Part shown: piece after piece, positions 1 to 13,430 of the stretch
Layout: every line of letters begins with the position of its first letter
How positions within the stretch are numbered: position 1 is the stretch's first letter
Assembly (NCBI RefSeq): GCF_006345805.1
Contig: NC_043022.1
Span: 11,222,001-11,286,000, forward strand
Source of the DNA: Octopus sinensis
Lineage: Eukaryota
Reading direction: 5' to 3'
DNA: 64,000 bases
Made by a program: the position numbers and the translations under genes
The notes under the pieces: model-generated
Database searches by the model: none
Told to the model about the DNA's origin: nothing
The model's input: only the letters and a program-made list of their open reading frames with translations

Positions 1-3000
1 GCGCCAAATCTCCTTTAACTCACACTTCATTGTCTTGAAAAACAAAATGACACATTTGATCATATAATCCTCTATATCCACCAAAAAGATGGAGAAGTCA
101 TAGAATGCCTTTGATCATAGGTCTGCCTAAACAGAGTTAACCAGGAGCTAAACTAAACAATCATAGAAGAACATGAACTTATAGGAGATGAAACTGCAGC
201 GTGTTCCTGCCATAAGTCAATATTCATTAAGTTAGTATTACTTCCTATGCAATAAAGAATAAACACAAAAATTATTGTATGCAAGCCATTAGAATACTTT
301 GATATAATCAGAGAATAATCTTTATGATTAACAAGTCTCTATGGTGGAAAGAGTCAATACCGACAAAAGCCAAAAGTTGTAGTTACTATGCTAGGCTATT
401 TATTTCAGATACAGGATTTGTCTGATTTGTTTAATGTCTTCTCACTAAGCACACTATAACATAGTTCTTTGACTTTTGCTTTTTATTAGAATCTTCTGAT
501 CTATCAGCATCCTGTTCAGCATGATGTAACAGCTGAAGATATCCAACACTGATCTTTATATAACTTTGCTGATGATAATCTGCTTCCAATGTACTTTTTA
601 TATAAACATTTTCTGGCATTTGATAAATGGCATAATTTTTATATTGTGTGTGTGTGTGTGTACATATACAAATGTCTGTGAACATTGTTTATAAATTGAT
701 CAGATTATTTTTATTTGCTAATGAGGTTTATTCTTCCTTTATATGTAAGAGGAAGAAATTTAAAAAATCTAAAATAAAGTGGCAACCAAAGAAATTAAAA
801 CTTCACAGCAAGTTTTCAACTTATATTTCCAAAATGTAATTCTCTCATGTTCCATGTGGTGTTTTCCAACACAAGTCATTTTGCATTGAAATAAAATAAC
901 TTGTTTATCTGAACACAAAGAGCATTATACGTCAAATTAATTCTACGTAAATAAGGTTTCACAAGAAAGCTGCTTCTAAAGGGTAACCAGTTCACATTGC
1001 ACCACCATCACGAAAATGTATCAAACTTCATCTACCCTAAATGTTTCTAATGCCATTTCACTGACAGTTTTCACTAGTCTTTTCTAGGAAGGACATTACT
1101 AATAGTTAACAGTCCTCGGTTACAAAAAGAAAAAAACTAATTGGGTGTTATCTTCTAACTGGGTAGGAGAGATTATGTTAAAAATATTTGCTGTATTGTG
1201 ACAGAAGAAAAGAGAGTAAGTTGGAAATAATGAGAAAGTGAAATGAGAAACAAAAAGAGAGGAAAAAAATAATTTGTTAGTAAGAAAGAACAATAGTAAA
1301 AATAAAGATGTATGTGGGTATTGGCATTCAGTATTAATATATAATGGTTGTGTTGCTTAATCTATAAATATTTAGTATCCTAAAAACAAGCCAGAAAATT
1401 ATGTAATAATTATATACTGATTCAGTTTTATGCTTTAATGAACTAAATGAAACATTATCAAAGTGTAAGAAGGACTATAATGCTAACAATGGATGTAAGC
1501 TAAGAAATTTTAACTAATTAAACTTACACCTGCAATTGGAATCACAAGCTTAATAAACCAGTTCTGATGAAGAAAGGTAATGGAGACAATCTCTAAATTT
1601 AAATTAGAACAAAATGTAGGTTATGCTCTGGGGAGTGAATTTGATCTTGGTGATATACTGACAACTAAAAGATTTCAGATTTATTAGACCACTAATTAGG
1701 TATGTTAATGTACAGTTAGTTAGATTTGGTAAACTCACTCTAGAAGTTTGATTTTCTAGTTTCAATCACACTGTACAACACACTGGGCAAGTGTCCTCCT
1801 CTGTAACCTCAAGCTGACTGATGCCTTGTGAATAGATTTTAAGAGACAGACTCTGCAGAAATTTAACTTTGTAACTGCCTACATGTGAGTGTATGTGTGA
1901 TCCATATTAAATTAAGAGAAGAAAATGGAGAGTTAGTGATTTATAATTATTGATAAATTGATAATCATTTCTTCCTACAGCTGTTTCCACTTATACTCAT
2001 TAAATAAATTACAAATTATGCATTAAATTTGCATTTGTAAGTTATGAGCAAAATATCAGGGTAATGTTAGATACACACATGAATGTGTATCAGAGAGTGT
2101 GTATATGTGTTTGTATTTGTCTGACAGTATAATCAGAGAGTTGTTTTTCTTCATCAAAGTGTACCATAATCATTTGATAAAAGATGGTAAATTAATTTCC
2201 AAACTTAAATAAGTCCATACAATGTCAATATCATCTACAATAATTCCTTTGTATACCAATAATACCTACAAAATCCCTTACAAAGGATATGGAGAATGAA
2301 AGAAAATAATGTACACAATGTTGGTTGACATCAACCCATACTGCATACAACAGTTTGTAAAAAGAACACAAATACACATGATATAAAGGTGCAGTCATAG
2401 ATGCGTGATTGAGAAGCTTGCTTTGCAACCACATGGTTTAGGGTTCAGTTCTACTGCATGACACACTGGATAAATGTCTTTTACAAAAGCTTGAGACAAA
2501 GCAGTACCTTGTGAGTGAATTTGGGTGACAAAAATTGTGTAGAAGCCTGTCATCATCATCATCATCATTTCAACATCCACTTTTCTATGCTTGCATGTTC
2601 AGAGTTTATTGAGACAGATTTTCTATAGCCAGATGCCCTTCCTCTTGCCAATTCTTGCCTGTTTCCAAGCAAGATAATATTACCCTATGGCCAGACATAT
2701 TATCATAGAATATTGGAAATAAATGACATTCATTTACAACAACCATGCAATGTAAGATAAAAGACAAAAGCACACACATACATATGATGGGCTTCTCTCA
2801 GTTTCTGTCTACCAAATCCACTCACAAGACTTTGGCCATCCCAGGGCTATAGTAGTAGACACTTGCCCAGGCTACCAAGCAGCAGGACTGAGCCCCAAAC
2901 CATGTGGTTGGGAAGAAAATTTATCAACTACACAGGCACACCTGTGTCATGTATATCATATATATCTCGATAAAAGAGTTGTTCATCATATAGACATGTA

Positions 3001-3489
3001 TTGAAGGGTATGCATGTCCTTGTGTTCGTCCTCCAGTGTTTCACAACTATTGTTGGTTTCTTTGTTCATATAACATACAAAGTAAGAACTGAGTTCAATT
3101 TGTTCAACTAAACCCTTTAAAGCACTGATCCAACATGGCCACTGTCCAATGACAAACAAGTGAAGGAATAAAAGAATAGTATAACAGTTTATGAATAGTG
3201 GGATGACTTGACTCTACTAAAATGTTATGAGTAAACTACAAACAACCTATAGAAGTGTGTGTAATAGACCACATACATCAAAATTTAGGGAACATATCTT
3301 CATTCTCATCTGTTATTAAAAACGTATTACTTATGATTTATGTATGCAATTAAACCTTAGGTTCCATTAGAAGAGTCCACCGTTACAGTTATTTGGGCTA
3401 GTTCTCTGTTCTGAGAATAACCTTTACCTTCCAATCATATTATTCTTCTTGTTTTTATTCATTAAAATAAATAGTATATATATATTATA

Positions 3490-4725
3490 CAGGGTATCCC
3501 AGAAATATTTACCCATTGATATTTCATAATTATTCAAAATAAACTTAAGGTAGGATAACAAAATTAGGCACACAGTTTCTAATGTAAATTTTCAATCCAT
3601 TGCAGTAATTACATTTCAAAATGACCACTTTTTACCTTGATTATAGCCTGCAAACAAGTGGTCACTGAGTTGCATGAGCGCCTCATTTATATATTCAGAT
3701 CTGACACATTTTGAATAGGACCAAGCAGAAACATTACTCTCTAAGATGGACCAGAGAGCAAAGTCCGTGGGATTGATATCTAGACTTGAGGGAGGTCATA
3801 TCATCTTGTTTCCAAAACTGCTGAAATGCTCTTTGCACCACCTCTGTTTCAAATTGGATGTGTGGGCTGGTGCCGTCTTGAATGAAGATGTAGTGGTCAC
3901 CAAAGGTTTCTGTGATCCAAGGTAACACTTCCTCATTCAATATTTCCACATAAACTTTACTGGTGACTTTGGTCCAGTATCGATGAAGATCAAGGGTGAC
4001 TTGGACTCATCAAATGCAACTGTAGCCCATACAATGGGTGAAGCTGGTTTCTGATGGCATAAACGACTCCTGCTACCTTTGGGAAAGTCTCCTGCATTAC
4101 ATGAATAAAGCCTATCACTCATACTGTTGATAACTGCCGCCACAGTGAAGATCTTGTTGGTTCAGATCAACACTTCATTAGTGGCACAATCTTCTCTGTT
4201 AACATGGTTTTATCTGTTGAGCTGTTTCTTCTTGGAAGCTGCTGAAATTAACTACTGGGATTATTTCTTGTATGCAGTTAGCTTTAAATCCTCTTTAAAA
4301 ATCCTATGCATTGTCAATTTCGAAATAACAAAAGAATTTGCAGTTTCTCTTGCACTTCAGTTCATTCGCTTCCCAACTTAAGTTTGTTTGGTATGAATTG
4401 ATCATTTCCTACCAGGAATTGGCTAACTAGAAGTAGTAGCAGACTCCATGTATTATTTCCAGGTATTGAATACTGTTTTATGGTACACATTCAACTGTTT
4501 TGTTATGTCCTTGTTGCTCACTCCAGTTGTTTATAAAGTGACAATCTGGTCACATTTTGCTTTTGATGCCATGTTTGTTTACAAACCTGTTATAGACAAA
4601 TGAAACAGTAGACACATGAACAAAAGATATATACAAATCTTTATGTAAAATGTAGATAATATTACCAGAATCAATATTCTGTAGGAATAGTTTTAAACAT
4701 GAGTAAATCTTTCTGGAACACCCTG
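3490..4725 (-). mobile_element. Decayed Tc1/mariner DNA transposon, DD37D (maT-type), about 1.24 kb
   Basis: TIRs cagggtatcccagaaatatttaccc (3490) and the reverse complement of the end at 4725 (cagggtgttccagaaagatttactc). TA flank on the left, TG on the right. Minus-strand transposase pieces: N-terminal MASKAKCDQIVTL, IVWATVAFDESKSPLIFID, FIQDG, and PPSSLDINPTDFALWSILE. Restoring a 2-nt deletion after QDG gives 37 residues between the last two Asp. Multiple stops and frameshifts. Confidence 0.88.
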
Positions 4726-7375
4726 TGTGTGTTATAAAGCAGTGAACTTAAAAAGTTTGCATGTCAACTACATGGTTCTGAATTTGAGCTCACACTTTGG
4801 GGAAGTTTATATCATTAACTTGCTTGACCAGTAATATTCTAATATAGAAGATAGAAACTGTATAGACACCTGTCGAATGAATGAACAAGTGATAGAAAGC
4901 ACTCAACACTGCATTACTTGAAATTCTATGTGCTTGTAGGACATGTCCATGAAACTTTAATGTGGTGCTGAGTTAAACTGCTGTGTGTGTGTGTGTGCAC
5001 GCGCACGTGTGTGTGCACGCGCACGTGTGTGTGCATGCGCACATGTGTGCTTGCAAAGCAATACTGAAAGAACTTACCATACAAAAACTTAATTCTAAAA
5101 CACATTGTTAACAATTTTTTGTACAATTAATTTATATTAGAAGAAAATCTTTCTTCAAATATTGTGACTGTATCAAGAATACTTCAGAAGAACCATTTTA
5201 AATATATGAATGCACATATATATATAAATGTAAATTTATGTATATGAGCATATATATTTATAGATCTCTGTTCATATATGCGTGTGCATGCATGTGTGTG
5301 TGTGTTTATATCTATCCTTATTTCAATGTCTAGTTTCCTATGCTCACATGGATCCTATAAGAATGTGTCGGGGCATAGTTTTCTACAGCCAGATACCAAC
5401 TCTCACTTGTTTCCTTCCAAGTAAGGTAATAAATACCCCAGTCTTTTGAACAACTTGGACATACTTTTGGCATGAACTGCAAGCAAATGATGTCATCAGC
5501 AAGGCCATTGTTTACAATCAGCAAGCACACATGAAGATGAGAGGAAGGAAATATAAAGTCACTCACACACATTATATATATGTCAGGTCCTTCAATTGCC
5601 AACCACAAAATCACTTTTATGGCTTCAGTGGTCAGGTTGGGATTTATACAGGATGGTCAGCCAAATCTTCAGAAAGCAAATCTTTATGATATGCTTATTT
5701 TCTTTTCTTATTTTATCCTCTATTTTTGGATTTTATTGTATTGTTAGTTTTAATTTCTGTGACAAGTGAAATCTGCCTGATACATCTATTGTTTGTGACT
5801 ATATAATGAAACTATCTGCCATTTATAGCAGAGTCTGGTGTTTTAATTTGCTATGAAGCACTCTGAGAATTGCTATATTCAAACAGAAACACACTGAATT
5901 ATCTTTCTTCACATCAATGTCCATTTCACATTATAAGAAGAAATGAAGTAAATACCAAAGCACTGTGGTCAATCAACAAAAACCCTTGAAGATGGTGCCA
6001 TGGCATCGCTGCAGTCCAATGGTTGAATCTAATAAAAGAATGTCATGTAGAGCAAATGTTTAATAAAAGAGAGTTAAAAATGGAAAAGACTAAATTCATG
6101 TCATATAGTCATTTGGTCATTTAGTATCAACTGCAGCATACTCAACAAAATAAATTATGCTAACTAGACCAAATTACCAATAATCAAACTACAAGGAATA
6201 GTTACATGATCTTTAACTGCTTTAAGCTGGTCATAGCCACTGAATTTTAAAAAGTCTTCATCTTACTAGCCCACTCGAGTTTTTGTTTAACTTTTATACT
6301 TAATGTTACCCACTCTGTTCAATGCTATTATATTTAATTACTTTAAAATGTGTCACAAATAAACTGGTGCAAACCAATAGTTAGAAGTCAAAAATGAAAA
6401 GCCCTGAACTCCTCAATATCAGATGGCAGATAAGTTGTCACCTCTGTGACCTAATTATTATTAATGGAGTTTGTGATATGGTGGAATTAGTCATACTCTA
6501 GCGTTTATGGTAAATATGAAAGGGTTAGTAAAAGTATTTGGAAGTGTTATTGTTCCTGGCATCAAAAAATGGATTGTTTGTCTTCCCTCTCTCTCTCTCT
6601 CTCTGTACAAAGTGTTAGAATTTACATAGAGGCTCTATCTGAATGCATTACTTTCTAAAAATAGTAACCAAATCTTTAAACTCAACTCCTGATCATCTTA
6701 AAAAAAGGAACAGATGGTCTGGACAATGTAGTCCTACCAATGAGAAATGGTGGTGGTTTTCTGCTGTTGGAGTGTTCATATACCACAGAGAAATTTATGA
6801 TAATCTAATATAAATAAAACATATTAAATACAGAATATGACATGCATGTGAAATGAAATATAAACTGCATAGCAGAATTTGAACAAACTTTTATGTCATT
6901 TGTTCTGGAAATATACGTTGGTTGATTTTTCCTCATAAAATGTTTTAAATGTTTTCCCCTCCTATATACACAAACACAATATTGTAATAACAACAAGTCT
7001 AAATTCATGGTTTAAAAAATGCAAATCAATTTCAGGAGTAGTTTCATAATATGATGTATATACAAGGCTTTTTGTGAAAGAATGTTTGCTATGACTAGAA
7101 ATAGAAACAAAACTATAATTGACTCAATAGTATGTAAAAAAAGGTAATCAATATCAGCATCATCATGGCTTTTATTATTATTAATATTATCTAGAAAGCT
7201 CTGTGGAACCATTAATAATTTTTCAGTTAGGAAAGAAGGTCCAGCTCCTTATTTCAGATTCAACTGCTTTTAGTCATTGACAACTAATTTAATTCATAAT
7301 GCTTATATATTTTCTGATTACAATGATATAATTGGAGGAGTGTGGGAGAAGTAATGTGAGTGAAAAAAAGTAATG

Positions 7376-7425
<50 letters not shown>

Positions 7426-10400
7426 ATATATACACATGTGTGTGTGTCCGAGTGGCATTATAAAGCACATTTTGTTAGGAAGTACATCCAACTACAAAAG
7501 ACCATTCCAGAAAGTTAAGAAAAAAATGGAACCAGCATAAAATAGAGGCTACTCTTAAGCTTTGTTCAAGACAACCTCTCCAATGAAAGTAGCATAATTA
7601 AAATATCCTCACTTCATGCTGTAAAGTGCTTGATGGTGGGAGGGAGCATTCAACCATGAAAACCATGTCAAAATTATGACATTCACAACAACAAAGTTGG
7701 CCAGTTTTTCTTTGTTATTGTGTGTGCCAAACGACAAAAGATTAGCAGCTGTGAGATCCATCCAATCCATGCCAGCATAAAAAAGAGAAAAAAATCCCTA
7801 ATGTAAAATTATGACAGCCATACATTTCTGATATGCATAACATGGTACTTGACTTTCAGTCATCCAATTTATCTTGCTGTGTATAGGTCCCAAAGGCAAG
7901 TACAGTTCATAATTGTAAGAAACAAGACCAATGTATAATTCACATAGGTTTCACTGACCTGTGGTTCCAAGTCCAAATCACACCACAAGTAGGGCTTAGA
8001 GAGACATCAAGTCAATAAAGCTTTCTGATTAGCAAATTCAAGTAACTGACTATCTCATGTGCATCAAATAATATTGACTGGCAAAATATAGGAGAGGCTA
8101 ATGAGAGTGTATGAAAGGGGGTTTGTAAATGAAAGTTTCAAGAATATAGTTTAGGTTGATACAATGGAAAAGATGAAATAAAATATAGAAAAGTATTCAG
8201 AACTGCAAAAGTGTTTCATTTTCATCTCGAAAGTAACAAATTCTTAGTATAATGGCCAAATGAATTCTTCATTTGTATACTGTCGCTTTACTGAGCCTTA
8301 TTACTGCTGTTGTTCCTCAACCTCAAGTCAACCTTGATTGAGAAGGCCTATGGTCAAATGTATTCCTTCCAGTCATTGGCCATTCCATCTTTTCAGTTAC
8401 CATGTACCAAATGCTATGCTGATGTAATCTTAGATATCATTTTAAAGTTAGGTTATTATTTAAAGGAAATTTGACCGTTAATTTTGGCTAGTGAAGCAAC
8501 CATGTAGAAGCTCCCTGTTGAGAGGAAACACATTGAAAATTGAGGTATTACAGCTAAGGAGCTGATATTAATAAGACAACTAATATATCAGTAGTAATGG
8601 ATATCTCCTACCTGACCCTTGTGGAATTCAGTTTATTGCAGCTCAATGCTTTCTTCCCACTAATCTTGGAGGCTCCAAAAATGGCGTCACATACATTGCC
8701 TGTTCTCTTATTAAGCTGTGTGATAGGTCATGGTTGAGTAAAGAAGAGCCAAAAGTTCAAAATGAAAGAAATTTGTAGAAAAAGAAAACTGAAGAAGACC
8801 TGGGAATAATGGTGAATGATGATCTGTTTCTTTTTATCTTTCAGTCATCAGAGAAGGCAATGCACATAATCCTCCATAGGATTTTCAAGACTGATAGAAT
8901 GGAAGGACAGTATTCTTAAAAAGATGTGGCTTGAATGCTTGTAACACAGTGGGCTCCACTAAAGGCACTGAAGGTGTCTGGTGGTAGTGTTTAACTATGG
9001 ATTTTTGTGTTTACCTCCCAAAAAGGATGGTGGTATTTGAACTTGAAACACAAAGAGCTGGAGCAGATACTATATCCAGTCCAATATTCTTTTAGTTCTT
9101 CTAATCTACCGTCTTGAATTGATACATTTTTATCTACTCCAAAAACATGAAAGGTAGAGTTGATCTCAGTGGAATTTGAATGCAGAGCACAACATAAATA
9201 CCACAAAACACTCTATCCAATACCTTAATGATTGCTCATTTGCCACCTAATAAGTTCATTTCACAGCAATGTGTCTTTACAGTTTTGACTCTACTGTGTG
9301 TCAACACTTTGGTCAAGAAGGGTATCTGAGGACTTAATCTGTCTTCCAGTTTACCACCACTTGGATCTTGGGTGCTTGTTGTAAAGTTCATTCCATTGTA
9401 AGCATTCAGACAAGGTTTCTGGTCTGAGTATTGCTTCCTCTCTTCTTGTCACCAGCCACTGAGCCCCAGCCCTTCCTCTTCTGACTAACACTTAAGTAAA
9501 TAAATAATTCTGTTAGGAAATTTAATATCATGACTAGTTGCCACCCAGTTTGTCTAGATGAGAGGAAAGAATTAAAATAAAAAACAAACATTTACATCAA
9601 TTGGAAATGTTATGACATTTAAAAGTAATTTATGAATGTATAGCATTAACATTACTTTTTGGTTTATAAATGAAGCAATCTTGGCTCAAATTATAATACT
9701 TCTTTCTTGGATCAAGTATTAATTTATATATATCTAAGTTGTCTTAGGTCAGTGCTGCTCAAGCAGACCCATGATCAAAAGTTATTCCAACCATGACAAT
9801 TTCATTTTGTTCAGATACAATGTATCCAGGATTACATTACCTAATGCATCATTTTTGTTTAAGATGTGATTTAAGGGAAATTTTATTGTAATTTGTAGCA
9901 GGTTAAGCAACCACATAAAGACTCCCTTGTTGACTCAAGGCATCTGTTGGACTAATACCTGAAGGGTTTACAATATGTTGTATTGAATCCATAGCTATGC
10001 CGCCTTATGTCTTTGGATTTGTACACTTACTTGAATTGTAATAAAATTCATTAAAAGCAATTTAAGTATCAACAAAAACTGTCTTTCCTTTTGGGACCAT
10101 TAGAAAGCTGGAATCAAACTTGCCTTCTATCCTACATGGATGATTAAACAATAAAACACTTAATTGGTCTAGTTTCCAACTTTTACAAACTTAGACTTGT
10201 CTCTAAAATGTCAGATTTGTCCTCTATTATAGAATTTACTATAATTGTATGCTGAATGAGTTTTGTTAATTTTAATTTCCAAGGTAAATATAAATTATAC
10301 GATTTAGAGCAACAGATTTACTTTGATAAACACCAATACTGAAGTTTTTAGGCATTAAAAAATCTAGGACACATTTAAAAATATTGTATTGAAACTATAA

Positions 10401-11497
10401 TACTTCATCATTTAAGTCTACCAAATCTAGTGACCATAAAACTAGCACTTCATTTAAACTAGCCAGTCTCATTTATAGTAACAGATATTAAATTCCATGA
10501 AATATTGTTTTATCTAGTACCATCATTTTCTTATTCTTATATAATTGCATCTATATGTGTAGAAACCTGACTGTTTGTAAGAGCATGACTGTGTTGTTGA
10601 GAAGTTTCCCATTGGCATTTTTCACCTGCTATAATCTACAGTTGGTCAATGTCTTGTGAGAAAGATCTAGGTGATGAAAACTACTGAAGCCCACAATATA
10701 TATGCATGTATATGTGTTTTTGAAAGTCTTCGTAATCATTTTTACAGGGGTAAGAGTTGTTTGTCTGGCATAATATATTTTGCAAATTAGCTATTTCAAC
10801 ATACAAATATCAGTGGAATAAAGTACCTAAATTAATAACAAGTGTTGGTGTCAAGAAGGGCACCCAACCATAGAATAATGCTTCAAGAATTCTTGTCCAA
10901 TCCATGCCAGAATGAACAAAGCAGACATAAAAATTATGCTGATGATAATGTATATGTAAAAGAACATTTACTTGTATCCTTACTCAGGACAATGTTGTAA
11001 TCAATAAGACCAGTATAAGAGAACTTTTGATACGTAAGTTATCAATTTTTCAACTAATTCAGCTAATATAAATGTGTGTGCATGTATGTATATTCAGTTT
11101 AAGCACACAAAGCATCATGTCATTTATTTTTAGCAGATTCCTACACACTAGAACATGAATGGCAATCACTGCATAATTTTATCTCAGACAACAAATTTCT
11201 CACTGTAGAGTTCCAAGTGATATCACCAGACTATCGGTTATGTGTTTCAGTGTGATTGCACTTCCTCAATGATGATGGGGCTAGACAGGAACTTCTGTTC
11301 CTATATAGGAAACAACAAACAAATCATTTGGTGTGTGTGTGTGAGTGTGTGTGTGTGCATGTGTGCATGCTGAGGTTTGCCAAACTGGAATTACTTTAGT
11401 GTAAGCACATGTAGTAGCAAATATCAAAATAATGACACGTGTTTATTTTAATCTTTGCTACTTTGTGTACTTACACACACACACACAATATATATAT

Positions 11498-11529
<32 letters not shown>

Positions 11530-11817
11530 AATCAATATTTAGCTTTTATTAATACCTTCATCTTTGTAGCTTCAGAGTCAAGCTTCAATTAATTTGTGCC
11601 TTCTATCATTTGGGACCAAGAAAATAAGTAGTAGTATACGAAAATCAATTCAATCAGATTGTCTCTCCTTTACAATACAAATTGGTTTTGTGCAAAGATA
11701 AGAAATCCTTATTTGCAACTCTGAGCAAGTAAAAACTGGATATTTAGCTGCAATTATACCACATTTTTGTAAATAACAATTTGTAGCGTACACTTAAGAG
11801 AAATTCCTCTCTCTCTC

Positions 11818-12440
11818 TGTTATATATACATAAATACGGATGTAGTAGCTAACAGCTAGCCTTCGACCACTCTTGTACCCTGTTGTGTTCACTACTTGAT
11901 TGGTTGGTATTGATGCAACTTGTCTCTTGCTCTATTGTGCGCCAATATGCAACCCAACCAATCGCAGCCTTCTGATAAGGTTACGTGAGACAGTCTCTTC
12001 TAAACCTCCAGTAAGCCAACTGCACCCTATAAAACTCTAGCTTCACATCGAGTTGAGGTCTTTTGGTTCCAGACCTTTTAAGGTCTAGCCACTGACCACA
12101 CAGGACAGAGCCAGTTCTAGTGACAACACAACAGCAGCCACATGGAGACTCATCAACTTCGTCCAGTAGCATTCAAGACCTCCATTTCTGTCGCCACCAT
12201 TCGTCCTAACATCAACATCATCTCTCTACGTACACAGCATTTATTCTTTTCATATTTGTTGTATCGACTGTGTGATGTGCAAAGGAGCCATTCTCGTCTC
12301 CTCACTTCACACGGTCGTTTACAAACTATTAATCCCTATTGTCCTTACTTTGTTTCACTTGCCCTGAGATTTAAAAAAAATATTTTTGCCTATTTGTTCC
12401 AATTAGTTTTGTAAACAAACAACAATTTAGGAGTATAACA
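11818..12440 (+). mobile_element. Probable solo LTR, about 620 bp
   Basis: Bounded by TGTTATA...TATAACA (7-bp inverted ends). Richer in GC and CpG than the flanks. CCAAT boxes near 11942 and 11958, a reverse CCAAT near 11899, and a TATA-like cctataaaa near 12027. No TSD found. Confidence 0.45.
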
Positions 12441-13227
12441 AAAACACCCAACATTTTTCATTAACTCTGTGTCTAGAACTAAACTGAAAAGGTCCTAGCT
12501 TAAAATGATAATGGGCAGTTTTAATTTTAGTATGGACACTTTAGGACAAGTTACTGATCATAGAACCAATGCAGACTCAGGCAGATTGGTATTAAAATGT
12601 TGCTTAGCCTGATTGATCAGATATGTGATAATTTTAACCATAATCATCTCATTTTAGCAGTGTCTTTTGTTTCTTTAAAGACAATGGTATCTGATAAGGA
12701 AATAATTACTTCAAGTTAAAAGGGTTTGTTTATTAATTGAAATTAGGTCATCTATCTGGCAATATTAATTTAAAAAAAAAAAAATTTCTGAAAGGAGTAG
12801 AAAAGAAATAAGCAAATGTGAGATGTCAACCATTTTGAACTAATCAATAAAAATCATGAACCCATGAAAAACAGCTAATGCATTTACCTTCCTATAGCAA
12901 GTGTTACAAACATCCTTTATAGCTCCCTCCTCAAGACACCGTGATGTTGTTTAGCTCCCTGTCATCCCTGATTGATTAGACCCATCAATAATTCAATACT
13001 TTCCAGCAGTTATTTCATTTTTTTTTTCAGACATTGTATCTAGGACTATATATTTCTTCCCTTTTTTTAAAAAAAACTCTTCAATATTAAGGAAATTTGG
13101 CTACTCTTTATAGCATTCCAAAGTACAAGTGAGAAACTAGTCTCAATGGCTCATGTTCACAATTGCTCCTCCTGCTGATCATCTCCAAGGGTTTTCTATC
13201 TACTCATTTCCAGTAAATACACTATTC

Positions 13228-13430
13228 TTTTCTACTCGAGGCACAAGGCCCAAAATTTCGGGGAAGGGGGCCAACTGATTAAATCGATCCCAGTATGCAA
13301 CTGGTACTTAATTTATCAACCCCAAAAGGATGAAAGTTGACCTCAGCAGAATTTGAACTCAGAACGAAATACCGTTAAGCATTTTGCCCAGCATGCTAAC
13401 ATTTCTGCCAGCTCGCCACCTTCAGCAAAT
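13228..13430 (+). mobile_element. Second short interspersed repeat family (SINE-like)
   Basis: ggcacaaggccc...aaatcgatcccagt...tttatcaaccccaaaaggatgaaagttgacctcagcagaatttgaactcagaac. Related decayed copies lie at about 9080-9250, 15800-15900(-), 42850-42940(-), 48990-49180 and 54340-54430(-). Confidence 0.75.

Noticed and set aside
431-685. 84-aa minus-strand ORF with a plausible-looking C-terminal half
   Set aside because: It starts in a (CA)n run, has a weak acceptor and no recognisable homology, and its length is within chance expectation.
2385-2550. tRNA-like B-box (ggttcagttct) in this and other SINE heads
   Set aside because: These are tRNA-derived SINE heads that do not fold into a cloverleaf, so they are not tRNA genes.
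10031-10133. Minus-strand exon-like segment with strong splice sites (RIEGKFDSSFLMVPKGKTVFVDT*IAFNEF)
   Set aside because: All three frames contain stops, and nothing supports it beyond the splice motifs.
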